Of a stretch of DNA of 64,000 nt, positions 25,896 through 35,769 are shown in pieces. Position numbers and translations under genes: made by a program. A model generated the notes under the pieces. The model was not told the DNA's origin, did no database searches, and saw nothing but the letters and a program-made list of their open reading frames with translations. The DNA is taken from contig CALXBC010000003.1 of assembly GCA_944386455.1 (NCBI GenBank), positions 29,872-93,871 of the forward strand, written 5' to 3'. Source of the stretch: an uncultured Clostridia bacterium (GTDB lineage: Bacteria > Bacillota > Clostridia > Oscillospirales > Ruminococcaceae). How positions within the stretch are numbered: position 1 is the stretch's first letter; the number at the start of each line of letters is the position of its first letter.

Positions 25896-27272
25896 CTATC
25901 CAACCAAAATTTTGCCTTCAGGCATAACTTGGTGCTTGTTTTTGGCGGAACGCATGGCGAGAGACAGAGCAAGTGAAACCGGACCCACACGGCCGAGAAA
26001 CATGGTAAGGACCAGCGCAATTTTAGATATCGTATTTGCCACTCCGCTGACACCCGCTGTCAGTCCGACTGTTGCAAAAGCAGATACGGATTCAAACAGT
26101 GCGTCTATACCACTGACGTGTGTGGCTTCATTCATGGAGAAGAAAATGATACAGGTAGACAGCACGACGGCAAAACCGGCTATTCCGGTGATGGCCATTG
26201 CTTTATAGACGGTGGACTGGGAAATCCGCTTTCCGCGGATACTGGTTTCCTCAGCTCCGCGGGTTACACAGACAATTGTCATCAGCAGGACGACAAAGGT
26301 TGTAACCTTGATGCCGCCGCCGGTGGAGCCGGGCGCAGTACCGATAAACATCAGGACGATCATCAGCAGCTTGGTTGCGCCATGCAGGCTTTCCATGTCC
26401 ACACTGTTATATCCGGCCGTTCGAGCGGTTACGGACTGGAAAAATGAGTTTAACAGTTTGTCGCCGAAGCTCATATCCTTGAGGCTGTTTGGGTTATTCC
26501 ATTCCAGCAAAAGGAAAAGCAGCGTTCCCAAGACAATTAATGATAAAGTGGTGACCAGTACGATTTTGGTGTGAAGCAAAAGCCGTCTGGTTTTGCGGTA
26601 CAAGTACAGATTCTGCCAGACCAAAAAACCAAGACCGCCAAAAATAATCAGAAATGCAATCGGCAGCAGAACCATAGGATCGCTGTTATATTCTGTCAGG
26701 CTGCAAAAAGGCGTCTCGCGGCCTAAAATGTCAAACCCTGCATTACAGTAGGAGGAGATCGCCAAAAATATAGAGATGTAGATTCCCTCAGCGCCAAAAT
26801 CAGGGACAAACGTAATACAGAGAAACGCAGCGCCAATCAGTTCTGAGGAGAATGTTAAGATCATGATCATCTTCACCAGATGCTTGGCATCGACTGCATT
26901 CTCAGAGCTGACGGATTCCTGTGCCAGCTGGAGCCGTTTAAAGCTCAGCTTTTTGCCGATCGCAATGTTAAAAAAGGTGACGAGTGTCACCAGTCCAAGG
27001 CCGCCCAGCTGAATCAATGCTAAGATCACAAGCTGACCGAACAGGGTCCAATGGGTAAAGGTATCAAAAACGACAAGTCCCGTGACGCAGTTGGCCGAGG
27101 TTGCAGTAAACAAAGCATCAAGCGGATTCGTAAAGGTGCCGCTTTTTGAGGAAATAGGCAGTGTTAAAAGAAATGTGCCGACTATGATCATCAGAGCAAA
27201 GCTTCCTACAATAATTCTTGTCGGATTATCCCAGAACACCCCTTTCTTTTTTGCGCCCGCTGTCAATTTCAT
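25896..27272 (-). CDS. trkH: TrkH-family potassium uptake permease
   Basis: About 458 aa, polytopic. Repeated selectivity-filter-like segments TARTAGYNSVD, SAFATVGLTAG and SYCNAGFD. AGGAAG Shine-Dalgarno precedes ATG 27272. Confidence 0.88.
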   Translation of the reverse strand: MKLTAGAKKKGVFWDNPTRIIVGSFALMIIVGTFLLTLPISSKSGTFTNPLDALFTATSANCVTGLVVFDTFTHWTLFGQLVILALIQLGGLGLVTLVTFFNIAIGKKLSFKRLQLAQESVSSENAVDAKHLVKMIMILTFSSELIGAAFLCITFVPDFGAEGIYISIFLAISSYCNAGFDILGRETPFCSLTEYNSDPMVLLPIAFLIIFGGLGFLVWQNLYLYRKTRRLLLHTKIVLVTTLSLIVLGTLLFLLLEWNNPNSLKDMSFGDKLLNSFFQSVTARTAGYNSVDMESLHGATKLLMIVLMFIGTAPGSTGGGIKVTTFVVLLMTIVCVTRGAEETSIRGKRISQSTVYKAMAITGIAGFAVVLSTCIIFFSMNEATHVSGIDALFESVSAFATVGLTAGVSGVANTISKIALVLTMFLGRVGPVSLALSLAMRSAKNKHQVMPEGKILVG

Positions 27273-27402
27273 ACTTCCTTTCTGATTTTCTATAAAATAA
27301 AAATTTTGCATATTACCGATTATAGCAGAACAGATCTGAATTGACAAGTCTTTTCCGTGTTTTTTGCTGATAAAAAGGCATGGTGCAGACCATGCCTTTT
27401 TA

Positions 27403-27723
27403 TCAGCCCAACATCTGAAGAATTTCAGTTTTGCTTTTTACTCCTACAGAGGTTTCAACCACTTTGCCGTCCCGGATTACCATCAGGGTCGGAATGCTTC
27501 TGACTTTAAATTCCATTGCCAGATCGCGTTCCTCATCCACATTGATTTTACAAATTTTTACGTTTGGCCCCACTTCATTTGCGATTTCGTCGATGACAGG
27601 GGAAAGCATTTTGCAGGGACCGCACCAGCTTGCCCAAAAGTCAATCAAAACCGTTTGCGGGGTTTCAAGTACTTCCTGATTAAAATTGGAAGATGTTAAA
27701 TTCACAATAGCCATATCAGACAC
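27403..27723 (-). CDS. trxA: Thioredoxin
   Basis: 106 aa with WASWCGPCK active site. Confidence 0.95.
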   Translation of the reverse strand: MSDMAIVNLTSSNFNQEVLETPQTVLIDFWASWCGPCKMLSPVIDEIANEVGPNVKICKINVDEERDLAMEFKVRSIPTLMVIRDGKVVETSVGVKSKTEILQMLG

Positions 27724-27827
27724 TCCTTTTATCCAGCGGTATATCAGCGACCGTAATCACACTGTCAGTATACACCGTTTTGTTGGTTTTATCAAGCCAA
27801 AAAAATAAAAAAATTTTGAAAAAGGAC

Positions 27828-27855
27828 TTGCTATTTTTTATTTTTGTGATATACT
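27828..27855 (+). promoter_or_regulatory. Promoter of tRNA-Val
   Basis: TTGCTA, 16 nt spacer, extended -10 TGaTATACT. Confidence 0.55.
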
Positions 27856-27874
27856 GTTATAGTAATTTATTTGT

Positions 27875-27951
27875 GAAGGCATAGCTCAGCTGGTTAGAGT
27901 ACCTGCTTGACATGCAGGGGGTCGGTGGTTCAAGTCCACTTGTCTTCACCA
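27875..27951 (+). tRNA. tRNA-Val (anticodon GAC), CCA encoded
   Basis: Hand-folded cloverleaf: acceptor GAAGGCA/TGTCTTC, anticodon arm CCTGC-TTGACAT-GCAGG, T arm GGTGG-TTCAAGT-CCACT. 77 nt. Confidence 0.9.
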
Positions 27952-28156
27952 AAAGGAGTCTGGACGCATTCCGCGTTCAGGCTCATTTCTTTTATCAGGG
28001 CAGTTTCTTGCGGCCGGGGCGCATCTAATTTGTTCAACTATTTTAAATTGAAAGCCCGGGGCTGATTTGATGCCCTGGGCTTTTTGAATACGCCGCTCAT
28101 TTCAGGCACGGAAGTTCATCATGATGCGGCTTGACTTTTGTCTGTAATACTGTCGC

Positions 28157-29263
28157 TCAATACCGGCCGAAATCATGCGCTGCCTGATACATGGCGATAA
28201 TGTTTTCAACAGGTGTATTGTCTTGAATCTGGTGGGTCGGTGCAAAATGATAGCCTCTGTATGGCATCAGGGTTTCCAGTGTCCGGCGGCAGACGTCCGT
28301 GACGTCCTGTGCCGTTCCATAGGCGAGCGGTCCTGCTGTCGAGATGCAGCCGCGGAAACAAAGCCTGCCGCCGAAGTGCTCCGCCAAATACGCGGGGGAC
28401 ATGTTATCTGCTTCCGGCTGTAAGGTGTCCACGCCATTCATCCCCATGGAAAGAAACGTTTCATAAGCCCAACTGGATGAGCCGCAGGTATGAATGATAA
28501 TAGGAAGACCATGGGCTTTTGCAAGATCAATAAATTTTTGGTGTCGGGGTCTGAGTACCCTGTCGTACATCTCCTGACTGATGATCGGACTATGTTGGGT
28601 GCCGAGGTCCTCTCCCATCCAGACGAAGTCAACAAGTCCCTTTGCTTTGTCCAGCAGGCGTTCTGTTACCGCCAGCTGCTGGTTGATCCGCCGGTCAGTC
28701 ATCTCCAGCGTGGCTTCGTCTTCTGTCATAAGATTCACCAGTGCATCTTCCACTCCCATCAGCATTCCGGTGACATTCAGGATGTCGGCAAGGCCGGGAC
28801 CGCCGACATAAGAAGCAAATCCCATATCTGTTATCATTTGCAGATAGTTGATTGCAGTGTCATAATCATACTGGTCAGGATCGGGAAAAGGATAGGAAGC
28901 AATACTTTCGCTGTCCGCGTCCTTAAGCGGAAAATCACAAAAGTCATAATATGCGCCATATTCATTTTCAATATAACGGGTCACGGCCCCGTTTTCGGGA
29001 TTGCGGCAGCGGTTTGGAATGGCCGGATATACTGGCTCTCCTGTATAAGCCGCGCTGATGCCGACATAATCCACCCCCAATGCCTGATACAGCTCTAAAA
29101 AGCTGTCGTTTGCAATGCCAAGATGTTCACACAGGCGGTGGTGTATGGCAGCATTGGTATCATATCCAATCGTCACGCGGTCTGTTTTTTCAAAAGCAAA
29201 CGTCTGCTTGACCCGTTTCTTTGCGGTCATGGTTTCAGGGGATTTTTGAATCACAGATTTCAT
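28157..29263 (-). CDS. Uroporphyrinogen decarboxylase (URO-D) family protein, MtaA/CmuA-like methyltransferase type
   Basis: URO-D-fold length and a C-terminal ...IIIHTCGSS...GMNGVDTLQPE... pattern. GGAAGGAG Shine-Dalgarno precedes ATG 29263. Confidence 0.7.
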   Translation of the reverse strand: MKSVIQKSPETMTAKKRVKQTFAFEKTDRVTIGYDTNAAIHHRLCEHLGIANDSFLELYQALGVDYVGISAAYTGEPVYPAIPNRCRNPENGAVTRYIENEYGAYYDFCDFPLKDADSESIASYPFPDPDQYDYDTAINYLQMITDMGFASYVGGPGLADILNVTGMLMGVEDALVNLMTEDEATLEMTDRRINQQLAVTERLLDKAKGLVDFVWMGEDLGTQHSPIISQEMYDRVLRPRHQKFIDLAKAHGLPIIIHTCGSSSWAYETFLSMGMNGVDTLQPEADNMSPAYLAEHFGGRLCFRGCISTAGPLAYGTAQDVTDVCRRTLETLMPYRGYHFAPTHQIQDNTPVENIIAMYQAAHDFGRY

Positions 29264-29436
29264 AAGACAGCTGCTCCTTCCCAATGCTTTGATACTTCTA
29301 CTATATCAGAATCAAGCGGCCAAGACAAGATGTTCCGGGGAAGAGAACATAAATTCCCCTTAAGCAGCAAAAAATGCCCTACAAAAGAACGGCGGGCTCC
29401 AAAAATGGAAACCCGCCGGACGACTCAAAAATGAAA

Positions 29437-29973
29437 TCAATAATTTTCTGCCTTGACCTGGAAGTAAGCCTGCGGATGTGCACAGACCGGGCATACTGTC
29501 GGAGCAGTGGTCCCCACATGAATATGTCCGCAGTTTGCGCACTGCCAGACTACGATATCGGGCTTGCGGAACACCTCTCCCTTTTCCAAATTGGCCAGCA
29601 GCTTGCGGTAACGTTCCTCATGCTCTTTTTCAATCTTAGCGACGCCCTCAAACAGCTCGGCGATCTTGTCAAAGCCCTCTTCCCGGGCAACCTTCGCAAA
29701 ACCCGCGTACATATCGGTCCATTCGTAGTTTTCGCCTTCTGCGGCATCCTTCAGGTTATCAGCTGTGGAACCGATGCCGTTATGTACCAGCTTGAACCAC
29801 ATCTTTGCATGTTCCTTTTCGTTGTTGGCGGTTTCTTCAAACAGGGCGGCGATCTGGTTATAACCCTCTTTTTTGGCAGCTGAGGCATAATAGGTATATT
29901 TGTTTCTGGCCTGGGATTCTCCCGCAAATGCTGCCATCAGGTTTGCTTCTGTTCTGCTTCCTTTGAGTTCCAT
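29437..29973 (-). CDS. rbr: Rubrerythrin
   Basis: ESQARNKY and ...NEKEHAKMW... / ...EKEHEERY di-iron ExxH motifs, plus the C-terminal rubredoxin CANCGH...CPVCAHP. Confidence 0.93.
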   Translation of the reverse strand: MELKGSRTEANLMAAFAGESQARNKYTYYASAAKKEGYNQIAALFEETANNEKEHAKMWFKLVHNGIGSTADNLKDAAEGENYEWTDMYAGFAKVAREEGFDKIAELFEGVAKIEKEHEERYRKLLANLEKGEVFRKPDIVVWQCANCGHIHVGTTAPTVCPVCAHPQAYFQVKAENY

Positions 29974-29976
29974 GAT

Positions 29977-30381
29977 TCATTCCTCCATATTTTTGTTGTT
30001 TTTATCGCAATCCGGGCAGATGCCCCGAAATACAATATCACATCCGTGCAGCACAAATCCTTGTGGAAACTGTGCCTGTCTTCCGATTGCATCAAGATTT
30101 TCCATTTCAGCGTCGAAGACCTTTCCGCAGCTTTCGCAGCGGATATGGCAGTGCGGCGTCATTCTGAAATCAAAACGGTCAGCGCCGCTTGGCATTGCAA
30201 CGCACCGGATTTCTCCCAGCCGTGCCAGCAGGTGAAGATTACGGTAAACCGTGCCTTTGCTGACAGCAGGATGCTTTGCATGCACCGCCTGATAAACCTC
30301 TTCCGCGGTCGGATGGCATCGCAGTTCTTTTACGGCGGCGAGTACCATGTTCCGCTGCATGGTGTTTCTGGTAGCTTTCAC
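29977..30381 (-). CDS. perR: Fur-family peroxide-responsive repressor
   Basis: 134 aa. wHTH ...GTVYRNLHLLARLGEI..., HCHIRCESCGKVFD and C-terminal CPDC. GTG start with AAGGAAGAAG Shine-Dalgarno. It sits upstream of rbr. Confidence 0.82.
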   Translation of the reverse strand: MKATRNTMQRNMVLAAVKELRCHPTAEEVYQAVHAKHPAVSKGTVYRNLHLLARLGEIRCVAMPSGADRFDFRMTPHCHIRCESCGKVFDAEMENLDAIGRQAQFPQGFVLHGCDIVFRGICPDCDKNNKNMEE

Positions 30382-30397
30382 AGGACTTCTTCCTTAA

Positions 30398-30446
30398 TAA
30401 GAATTATTCTCATTAAGATTATAACGGAATAAGATCAGTTTGTCAA
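30398..30446 (-). promoter_or_regulatory. perR-rbr promoter with overlapping Fur/PerR-type 7-1-7 box
   Basis: Minus strand reads TTGACA, 17 nt spacer, TATAAT, followed immediately by the palindrome TGAGAAT-A-ATTCTTA (30398-30412). Confidence 0.6.
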
Positions 30447-30991
30447 GCATTTTTGTTGCAGGAGCAGCGGCGTTTGATTTCATGAACGGCAGCGGCTGGA
30501 AATCCGGCGGAAAATGCTTCACATATCGCGCAAAATTTGTCTGCCGCGGTGACCAGAACACTTTCGCGGCAGCGTGGCGGAATCGGATTGAGAGGGAACA
30601 TATGCCTGACGATAATGTCCCGTTCCTTGGCGTTAAGTGTGTAATCCCTTTCTGCATTTTGGAGCGCCAGTTTCGCATGATGCAGTCCGTGCAGCCGGCG
30701 GCCGGGATGGGGGATGTGCCAGTCATAGAGAAAATAATCATGGAGCAGCGCACCCCGTATCAAACTTTTTTCATCGACGCGAAGGTGCAGTTTTTTCGCC
30801 AGCAGCAGGCTGAAATATGCCACTGCAACCGAATGATCATAGCATGAGATCCTGCCATGCTGAAAAAACTGCTTTTCCGCCTGCATGCTTCTGGAGCAGA
30901 GGATCGCCTGTCCGTGTGCTGCTACCAGGCAAACGGCGTATTTCCGCAAAAGCCGTTTCTTTTGCTCAGATTCCGTCGTAATCGTCGCCAT
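30443..30991 (-). CDS. HD-domain phosphohydrolase
   Basis: YDHSVAVAY... and GALLHDYFLYDW (HD motif). Start is uncertain, and the gene overlaps the 3' end of the upstream YibE/F gene by about 26 nt. Confidence 0.7.
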   Translation of the reverse strand: MATITTESEQKKRLLRKYAVCLVAAHGQAILCSRSMQAEKQFFQHGRISCYDHSVAVAYFSLLLAKKLHLRVDEKSLIRGALLHDYFLYDWHIPHPGRRLHGLHHAKLALQNAERDYTLNAKERDIIVRHMFPLNPIPPRCRESVLVTAADKFCAICEAFSAGFPAAAVHEIKRRCSCNKNA

Positions 30992-32261
30992 CCTTCCAAT
31001 CATCCATTGAAAAATAAGATTTCGGTTCGGGCATCGGCGGCCGGCCATGCTCCGGCTCGGGCAGTCTGTCTTCATCGTCTTCTTCCCGCCGGGCGGCAGC
31101 AGGCATCTTTTTCCGGGTGTATAAAACCGAGCAGACAAAAGAGGTCAGCGGGATGGTCAGCAGAATGCCGATGCTTCCGGCGAGGGCATTGAGGATTTCG
31201 ACCACAATGGCCTCCCGGTTAAGCAGTCCGGTCAGCGAGCTGGTGTAGGCGATCATCAGCAGCGTCATGGAGAGAGAACTGCCGATGTAGGCCAGCACCA
31301 GTGTATTGGCCATTGTTCCCATCATGTCCCGGCCGATGGTGATGCCCGAACGGTAAAGATCCTTGGCGGACGCATTCGGCAGATTGACCTTCAGCTCGTA
31401 CAAAGCGGATGCAACGGACATGGCAACATCCATGATTGCCCCGATCGCCCCAATGATGATGGAGGCAAAAATGATTGCCTTAAGGTCAATATGACCATGC
31501 GGATTGAGCATATACAGATTGATGGAGTCTTCTTCCAGCCACCCGGTCAGGCGGATGATACTGTCCATAACAACGGTAAGCAAACCGGAAACCGCCATGC
31601 CGCTGAAGCATCCGATTCCTGCCGCAAAGCTTTTGCGGTCAGCACCGTTGATGATCAGAAGGGTCATGACTGTAATAAAAATACAGGTCAGAATAGACCA
31701 GAAATAGATGTTCTGTGCAGACATGACCGCAGGGATAAAGACCAGAAACACGGCTAAAAAGGTAAACGCCAGAGAGACAATGGTATTAATACCTTTCATC
31801 CGTCCGAATATCAAAAGCCCCACTCCAAACAGAACCGCCAGAATCAGCAGCGGATCAAAGCGGACATATTCTCCCATGATCCAGCCGCGGGTTTCGGATT
31901 CGGTGTCCTCATATAGCAAAACCTTGTCTCCGATTTCGACTTCCTTCAGCTCAGCGGGATAGACCGAGTCAATCTGCTGGGTTGCAGTCAGCACCGTGCC
32001 TTTTCTTTCGCCGCTTGTGACCCTGGCCTCAAAGGTCACAGTGGTGATTCCGCTGAAAGAGCCGTCCTCGGCAAGATCGCTGCGGGATATGATCTTTGTG
32101 ACTGCGGCCTTGACGGGAACGCGGGTATCAGCGCCCTCCGCTGTTTCCAGACCGCGGGTGGCAATCCGGTTTCCAATCACAACATAGAGGATGGATAGTA
32201 CAATTGTAATCAGATATACCAGTGTTTTCTTTTGAAAAAGAACAGATTTGATTTTTTGCAT
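30966..32261 (-). CDS. YibE/F-family integral membrane protein
   Basis: 431 aa. N-terminal transmembrane helix plus an extracytoplasmic beta domain, then about 7 transmembrane helices. Acidic C-terminal tail. Confidence 0.7.
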   Translation of the reverse strand: MQKIKSVLFQKKTLVYLITIVLSILYVVIGNRIATRGLETAEGADTRVPVKAAVTKIISRSDLAEDGSFSGITTVTFEARVTSGERKGTVLTATQQIDSVYPAELKEVEIGDKVLLYEDTESETRGWIMGEYVRFDPLLILAVLFGVGLLIFGRMKGINTIVSLAFTFLAVFLVFIPAVMSAQNIYFWSILTCIFITVMTLLIINGADRKSFAAGIGCFSGMAVSGLLTVVMDSIIRLTGWLEEDSINLYMLNPHGHIDLKAIIFASIIIGAIGAIMDVAMSVASALYELKVNLPNASAKDLYRSGITIGRDMMGTMANTLVLAYIGSSLSMTLLMIAYTSSLTGLLNREAIVVEILNALAGSIGILLTIPLTSFVCSVLYTRKKMPAAARREEDDEDRLPEPEHGRPPMPEPKSYFSMDDWKDGDDYDGI

Positions 32262-32308
32262 GGATGCTTGTTTCCTTTCCGGCCGCAGTGGTGCGGTACA
32301 GGGCTTGC

Positions 32309-32974
32309 TTATAGATGGAACCGCTTTTTCAGCTCCTGGATCACGTTGATCTCAGAAAACAGAAAGATTGTGGTCAGACACAGGATACTGACCACCACGC
32401 AAAGCAGGCAGAGCCAGCCGGTGTCGGCCAGTCCCGTCAGAAAGAAAATGAGCGGGACCAGACCGAAAAAGATATCGACCAGCAGATAAAAGACATAGTC
32501 CTCCGCTTTCTGGTGCATGACTTTGCCCACAATGCCAATCCCCAGCATAGCGGCAATGCAGACGGCAGGAATCACATAATTGACAGACCAGCGGTGCCAT
32601 CCGCTGAAATAGTCCCATCCGGTCATAAGCAAGGACAGGATCACAGTCTGCCACAGGATGTTTTTGGAAATATTGCTTTTTTTGCGGATCGCGGTCCAAA
32701 GAGGAATCCACATGCATACCAGTGCCAGCAGCACGATGACTGACCAAAGACCGCTTTGCGGAAGCAGCAGGTTGATCATCACACAGATGGCGCCTGTTGC
32801 GACAGAAACAAGAATCAGGATACGGAAATACAGGCTGTACTGTTTATAGATGGTGGGGATCGACGGATAGGTTTCAGTCTCGGTGCCGTCCCCGCCGGTC
32901 AGCATCCCGCCGCAGAGCGGACAGTGCTTTTTCGGGTCCGGCACGGTGATCCCGCATTTTTCACAGTTCTTCAT
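32309..32974 (-). CDS. Zinc-ribbon-headed polytopic membrane protein (DUF6320-like)
   Basis: MKNCEKCGITVPDPKKHCPLCGG, then about 5 transmembrane helices. Confidence 0.6.
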   Translation of the reverse strand: MKNCEKCGITVPDPKKHCPLCGGMLTGGDGTETETYPSIPTIYKQYSLYFRILILVSVATGAICVMINLLLPQSGLWSVIVLLALVCMWIPLWTAIRKKSNISKNILWQTVILSLLMTGWDYFSGWHRWSVNYVIPAVCIAAMLGIGIVGKVMHQKAEDYVFYLLVDIFFGLVPLIFFLTGLADTGWLCLLCVVVSILCLTTIFLFSEINVIQELKKRFHL

Positions 32975-33014
32975 TGCGGCTGCCGCTCCTTTCTCAGATA
33001 GGGTCTGTATATCA

Positions 33015-34499
33015 TCATTGCTTTTTCTGCTTTTTGGTATTCTTCTTTTCCTGTCTGGCCGCCTTCTTGACGGCTTTTGCCTCTTTTTTTGCCTGCTTTC
33101 GGCAGGCCTTTTCTGCTTTTTTCGCGTCCTTTTTATTTTGCCGGGCCTGCTTTTTCATTCTGCGTGCTTCTTCTTCCGGAGTGGCGCAGGAATCCGCTTT
33201 CTGTGGCTTAAACGGATTAATCTTCGCAATCTCTGCGTCATCCTCGCAGGTGTTCGATACTACTTCAACCGGAACGCCCATGGCGGTAAAAGTACGAAAA
33301 AAATGCTTTTGTACCTCTGTACTCTCAAAGGCGGTGGAAAAACTGACGGTCAGCACATCCGCGCAGGAGCAGAGACAAGCCTGGAGCCGGTCGGTGCTGC
33401 ATATGACGCTGAACAACCGGATATAGGGTCTAAGAACCTCGGGAATGTTGGTTTTTCCGATATTGGAGACTGTAGAGGTGGATTCAGCCAGATTCATTCT
33501 GCCCGCCTGCTTCAGTACAAAATTTTTTAGAGGCAGCGGGACGATCCGCACGGCTGCGTTTTTTTCAATTTTTGTATAGCCGCTGATGATTCGCTCCAGG
33601 TTTTCCCGGGTCAGACCGTCACGAAAGCCCTGATCTACCTGCTCAATGATATCACACAGCTCTCCTGACCGTTCGGCGAACGAATAGCTTACATTGATCA
33701 CGCCAAAGAAATTCCGCGCGGTTTCTGAGTCAAAATAGTTGCGCAGGTTGACCGGCACCGCCAGTACGACCGGGCGCTTGCAGTCGTGGGGTGGGAGCTG
33801 CTTGTGGATCGCATCAATCAAAACCGCCGACACCAGCACGGTAAGAGTGGTATGGTACTGATGGGCAATTTTCAGCAGCTGTCCGACCGGCAGCCGGCCT
33901 TCGATCACGCCAAGCCTGCCCTCAGGCAGTCTGGCGCCGCGGAGCTGGCAGGCACGGATCCGTTTTGGCTTATCGGGATTTTTGGCGTCCCTGGGATTAT
34001 AATATTTCTGAAAGCTGTCCTCGCTCTTTTGCGTGGGTGAGGCGTCATAATCAAGCGCGGGGAGCTCTTTGTCAGGATGCCGGAGGCGCAGGTATTGGGA
34101 TACCAGCATTTTGAGGAACTGCATCGCCCCGGTGCCGTCAGTCAGCGCATGGAAGACGTCAAAGTTGATTCTTTTATGAAAATAGGTCACTTCAAACAGT
34201 AGCGTTCGGACGTTCGGGTCATACAGCGGACTGCATACCGGCCGGTGCTCTTCTGTGACCACAGGCTTCAGGCGGCTTTCCTCAAAATAGTTCCAGAACA
34301 CGCCCTTGCGCAGTACGCATTTGTACAAGGGAAAATATTCAATTGTTTCATCCAGCGCTTCCTGAAGCAAAGCGGGGTCGATTTCTTCAAACAGCTCGCA
34401 GGAAAAGCGAAACACTTTTGTGTCCCGTTTTGTCGTATTGGATGGAAATATTTTCGCGGCGTTGTCCAGCCGGTTCCATGCAATCGGTTTTTTGCTCAT
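33015..34499 (-). CDS. Condensation-domain/alcohol-acetyltransferase-like acyltransferase with Lys-rich tail
   Basis: The HALTDGTG motif sits in the position of HHxxxDG in condensation/WS-DGAT/PapA-type enzymes. The last roughly 55 aa are Lys/Ala/Gln-rich (KKQARQNKKDAKKAEKACRKQAKKEAKAVKKAARQEKKNTKKQKKQ). Confidence 0.65.
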   Translation of the reverse strand: MSKKPIAWNRLDNAAKIFPSNTTKRDTKVFRFSCELFEEIDPALLQEALDETIEYFPLYKCVLRKGVFWNYFEESRLKPVVTEEHRPVCSPLYDPNVRTLLFEVTYFHKRINFDVFHALTDGTGAMQFLKMLVSQYLRLRHPDKELPALDYDASPTQKSEDSFQKYYNPRDAKNPDKPKRIRACQLRGARLPEGRLGVIEGRLPVGQLLKIAHQYHTTLTVLVSAVLIDAIHKQLPPHDCKRPVVLAVPVNLRNYFDSETARNFFGVINVSYSFAERSGELCDIIEQVDQGFRDGLTRENLERIISGYTKIEKNAAVRIVPLPLKNFVLKQAGRMNLAESTSTVSNIGKTNIPEVLRPYIRLFSVICSTDRLQACLCSCADVLTVSFSTAFESTEVQKHFFRTFTAMGVPVEVVSNTCEDDAEIAKINPFKPQKADSCATPEEEARRMKKQARQNKKDAKKAEKACRKQAKKEAKAVKKAARQEKKNTKKQKKQ

Positions 34500-34532
34500 G
34501 CTGCTGGTCCTTTCGATGCTGGCCTGTCGTTG

Positions 34533-35492
34533 TCAGCGTTTATTTTTGCAATTTTCCGATCTGGTATTCTTTTCCCGGTTCAAAAAACGGTTCATCAGAA
34601 AATAGCTCTGTTTGACGTGGGCGTAGCGCGGACTGAGGGAAATAAAACCATGCAGCGCGTCCTTGAGCCGTACAATCTCCACATAATTTCCCGCTTCGCG
34701 CAGGCGTTCGCCGTAAGCCTCGCCCTCATCCCGCAGCGGGTCATATTCCGCCGTGATGACCAGTGTTTCCGGCTGGCCGGACAGATCCTGCGCCAGAAGC
34801 GGGGCAAAATAGGGGCTGAGCAGGTCCTCGTCGGAGCTTTTATACAATTCCATAAAATCAGAGACCCGTTTGCTGGTCAGCAGATATCCTGTTCCGTTGT
34901 CCCGCACGGAGGAAAAAGGAGAGGACTCTGAATGATCATTCCAAGTCGCAGGATAAAGCAAGATCTGACGCTTGGGCATTCGTCCGCCCCGGTCCTTGGC
35001 CAGCAGCGAGACCGCTGCGGCCAGATTGCCGCCAGCACTGTCCCCGATCAGCGTGATGTCCTCCGGGCTGCCGCCAAGCGCAGGGGCAAATTCTGCAATT
35101 TCCTGCGCAGCGAGATAACAGTCCTCCAGCCCTGCGGGAAAACGATGCTCCGGCGCAAGACGGTAATCCACCGAAACAATGGTGCGGCATGTATGTCTGG
35201 CAAGATCGGAGCACACCTTGTCATAGCTGTCAATGTTGCCTGTTACCCAGCCGCCGCCGTGAAAGAACACCAAAATCGGAAATTCGCCCGCAATTTCCGG
35301 GCGAAATATCCGCATGGGAATTTCATGGTCTCCGGCATCCAGCTTGTGATCCCAAATGCGATACAGCGGCTTTAACAGGTGCTTGTGGGTCAGATTGATG
35401 ACCGTCCGCTGGAGCGGATAACTTTGCTGCGTTTTCAGATCGGGGTAAGAAAGCGCCTTAAGCGCCGCTTTCATCGCCTTGTTGATCGCCAT
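34533..35492 (-). CDS. Alpha/beta hydrolase, hormone-sensitive-lipase-like esterase
   Basis: HGGGW oxyanion motif and GDSAGG nucleophile elbow. Start taken at MAINKAMKA. Confidence 0.85.
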   Translation of the reverse strand: MAINKAMKAALKALSYPDLKTQQSYPLQRTVINLTHKHLLKPLYRIWDHKLDAGDHEIPMRIFRPEIAGEFPILVFFHGGGWVTGNIDSYDKVCSDLARHTCRTIVSVDYRLAPEHRFPAGLEDCYLAAQEIAEFAPALGGSPEDITLIGDSAGGNLAAAVSLLAKDRGGRMPKRQILLYPATWNDHSESSPFSSVRDNGTGYLLTSKRVSDFMELYKSSDEDLLSPYFAPLLAQDLSGQPETLVITAEYDPLRDEGEAYGERLREAGNYVEIVRLKDALHGFISLSPRYAHVKQSYFLMNRFLNREKNTRSENCKNKR

Positions 35493-35769
35493 CCGCAAAA
35501 ACCGCCTTTCGGTATAAAATAAACGACAGCCGCCTGGTCTGACGGCTGCTGTGGTGTCAAAATATTTTTGCCTTAGAATCATTTTGCTCTGCTGCCTGAA
35601 AGCAATTGCAGAATGACTGCGATCCGGCGCAAGAAAAAGCAGCAGCACAGCCGCAATATGAAATCCGGCCGCAGGAAGGAAACAACCGTTCAACGCATTC
35701 CTGCAACGGTTTCCAACAAAATCATGATACCATATCAGGGGACGGATTGCAACCGCAGACGCACACTGT

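Noticed and set aside
27273-27402. Possible c-di-AMP (ydaO-type) riboswitch upstream of trkH.
   Set aside because: The region contains only the trxA terminator and a TTGTCA, 17 nt spacer, TATAAT promoter about 35 nt before the Shine-Dalgarno. There is no long structured leader.
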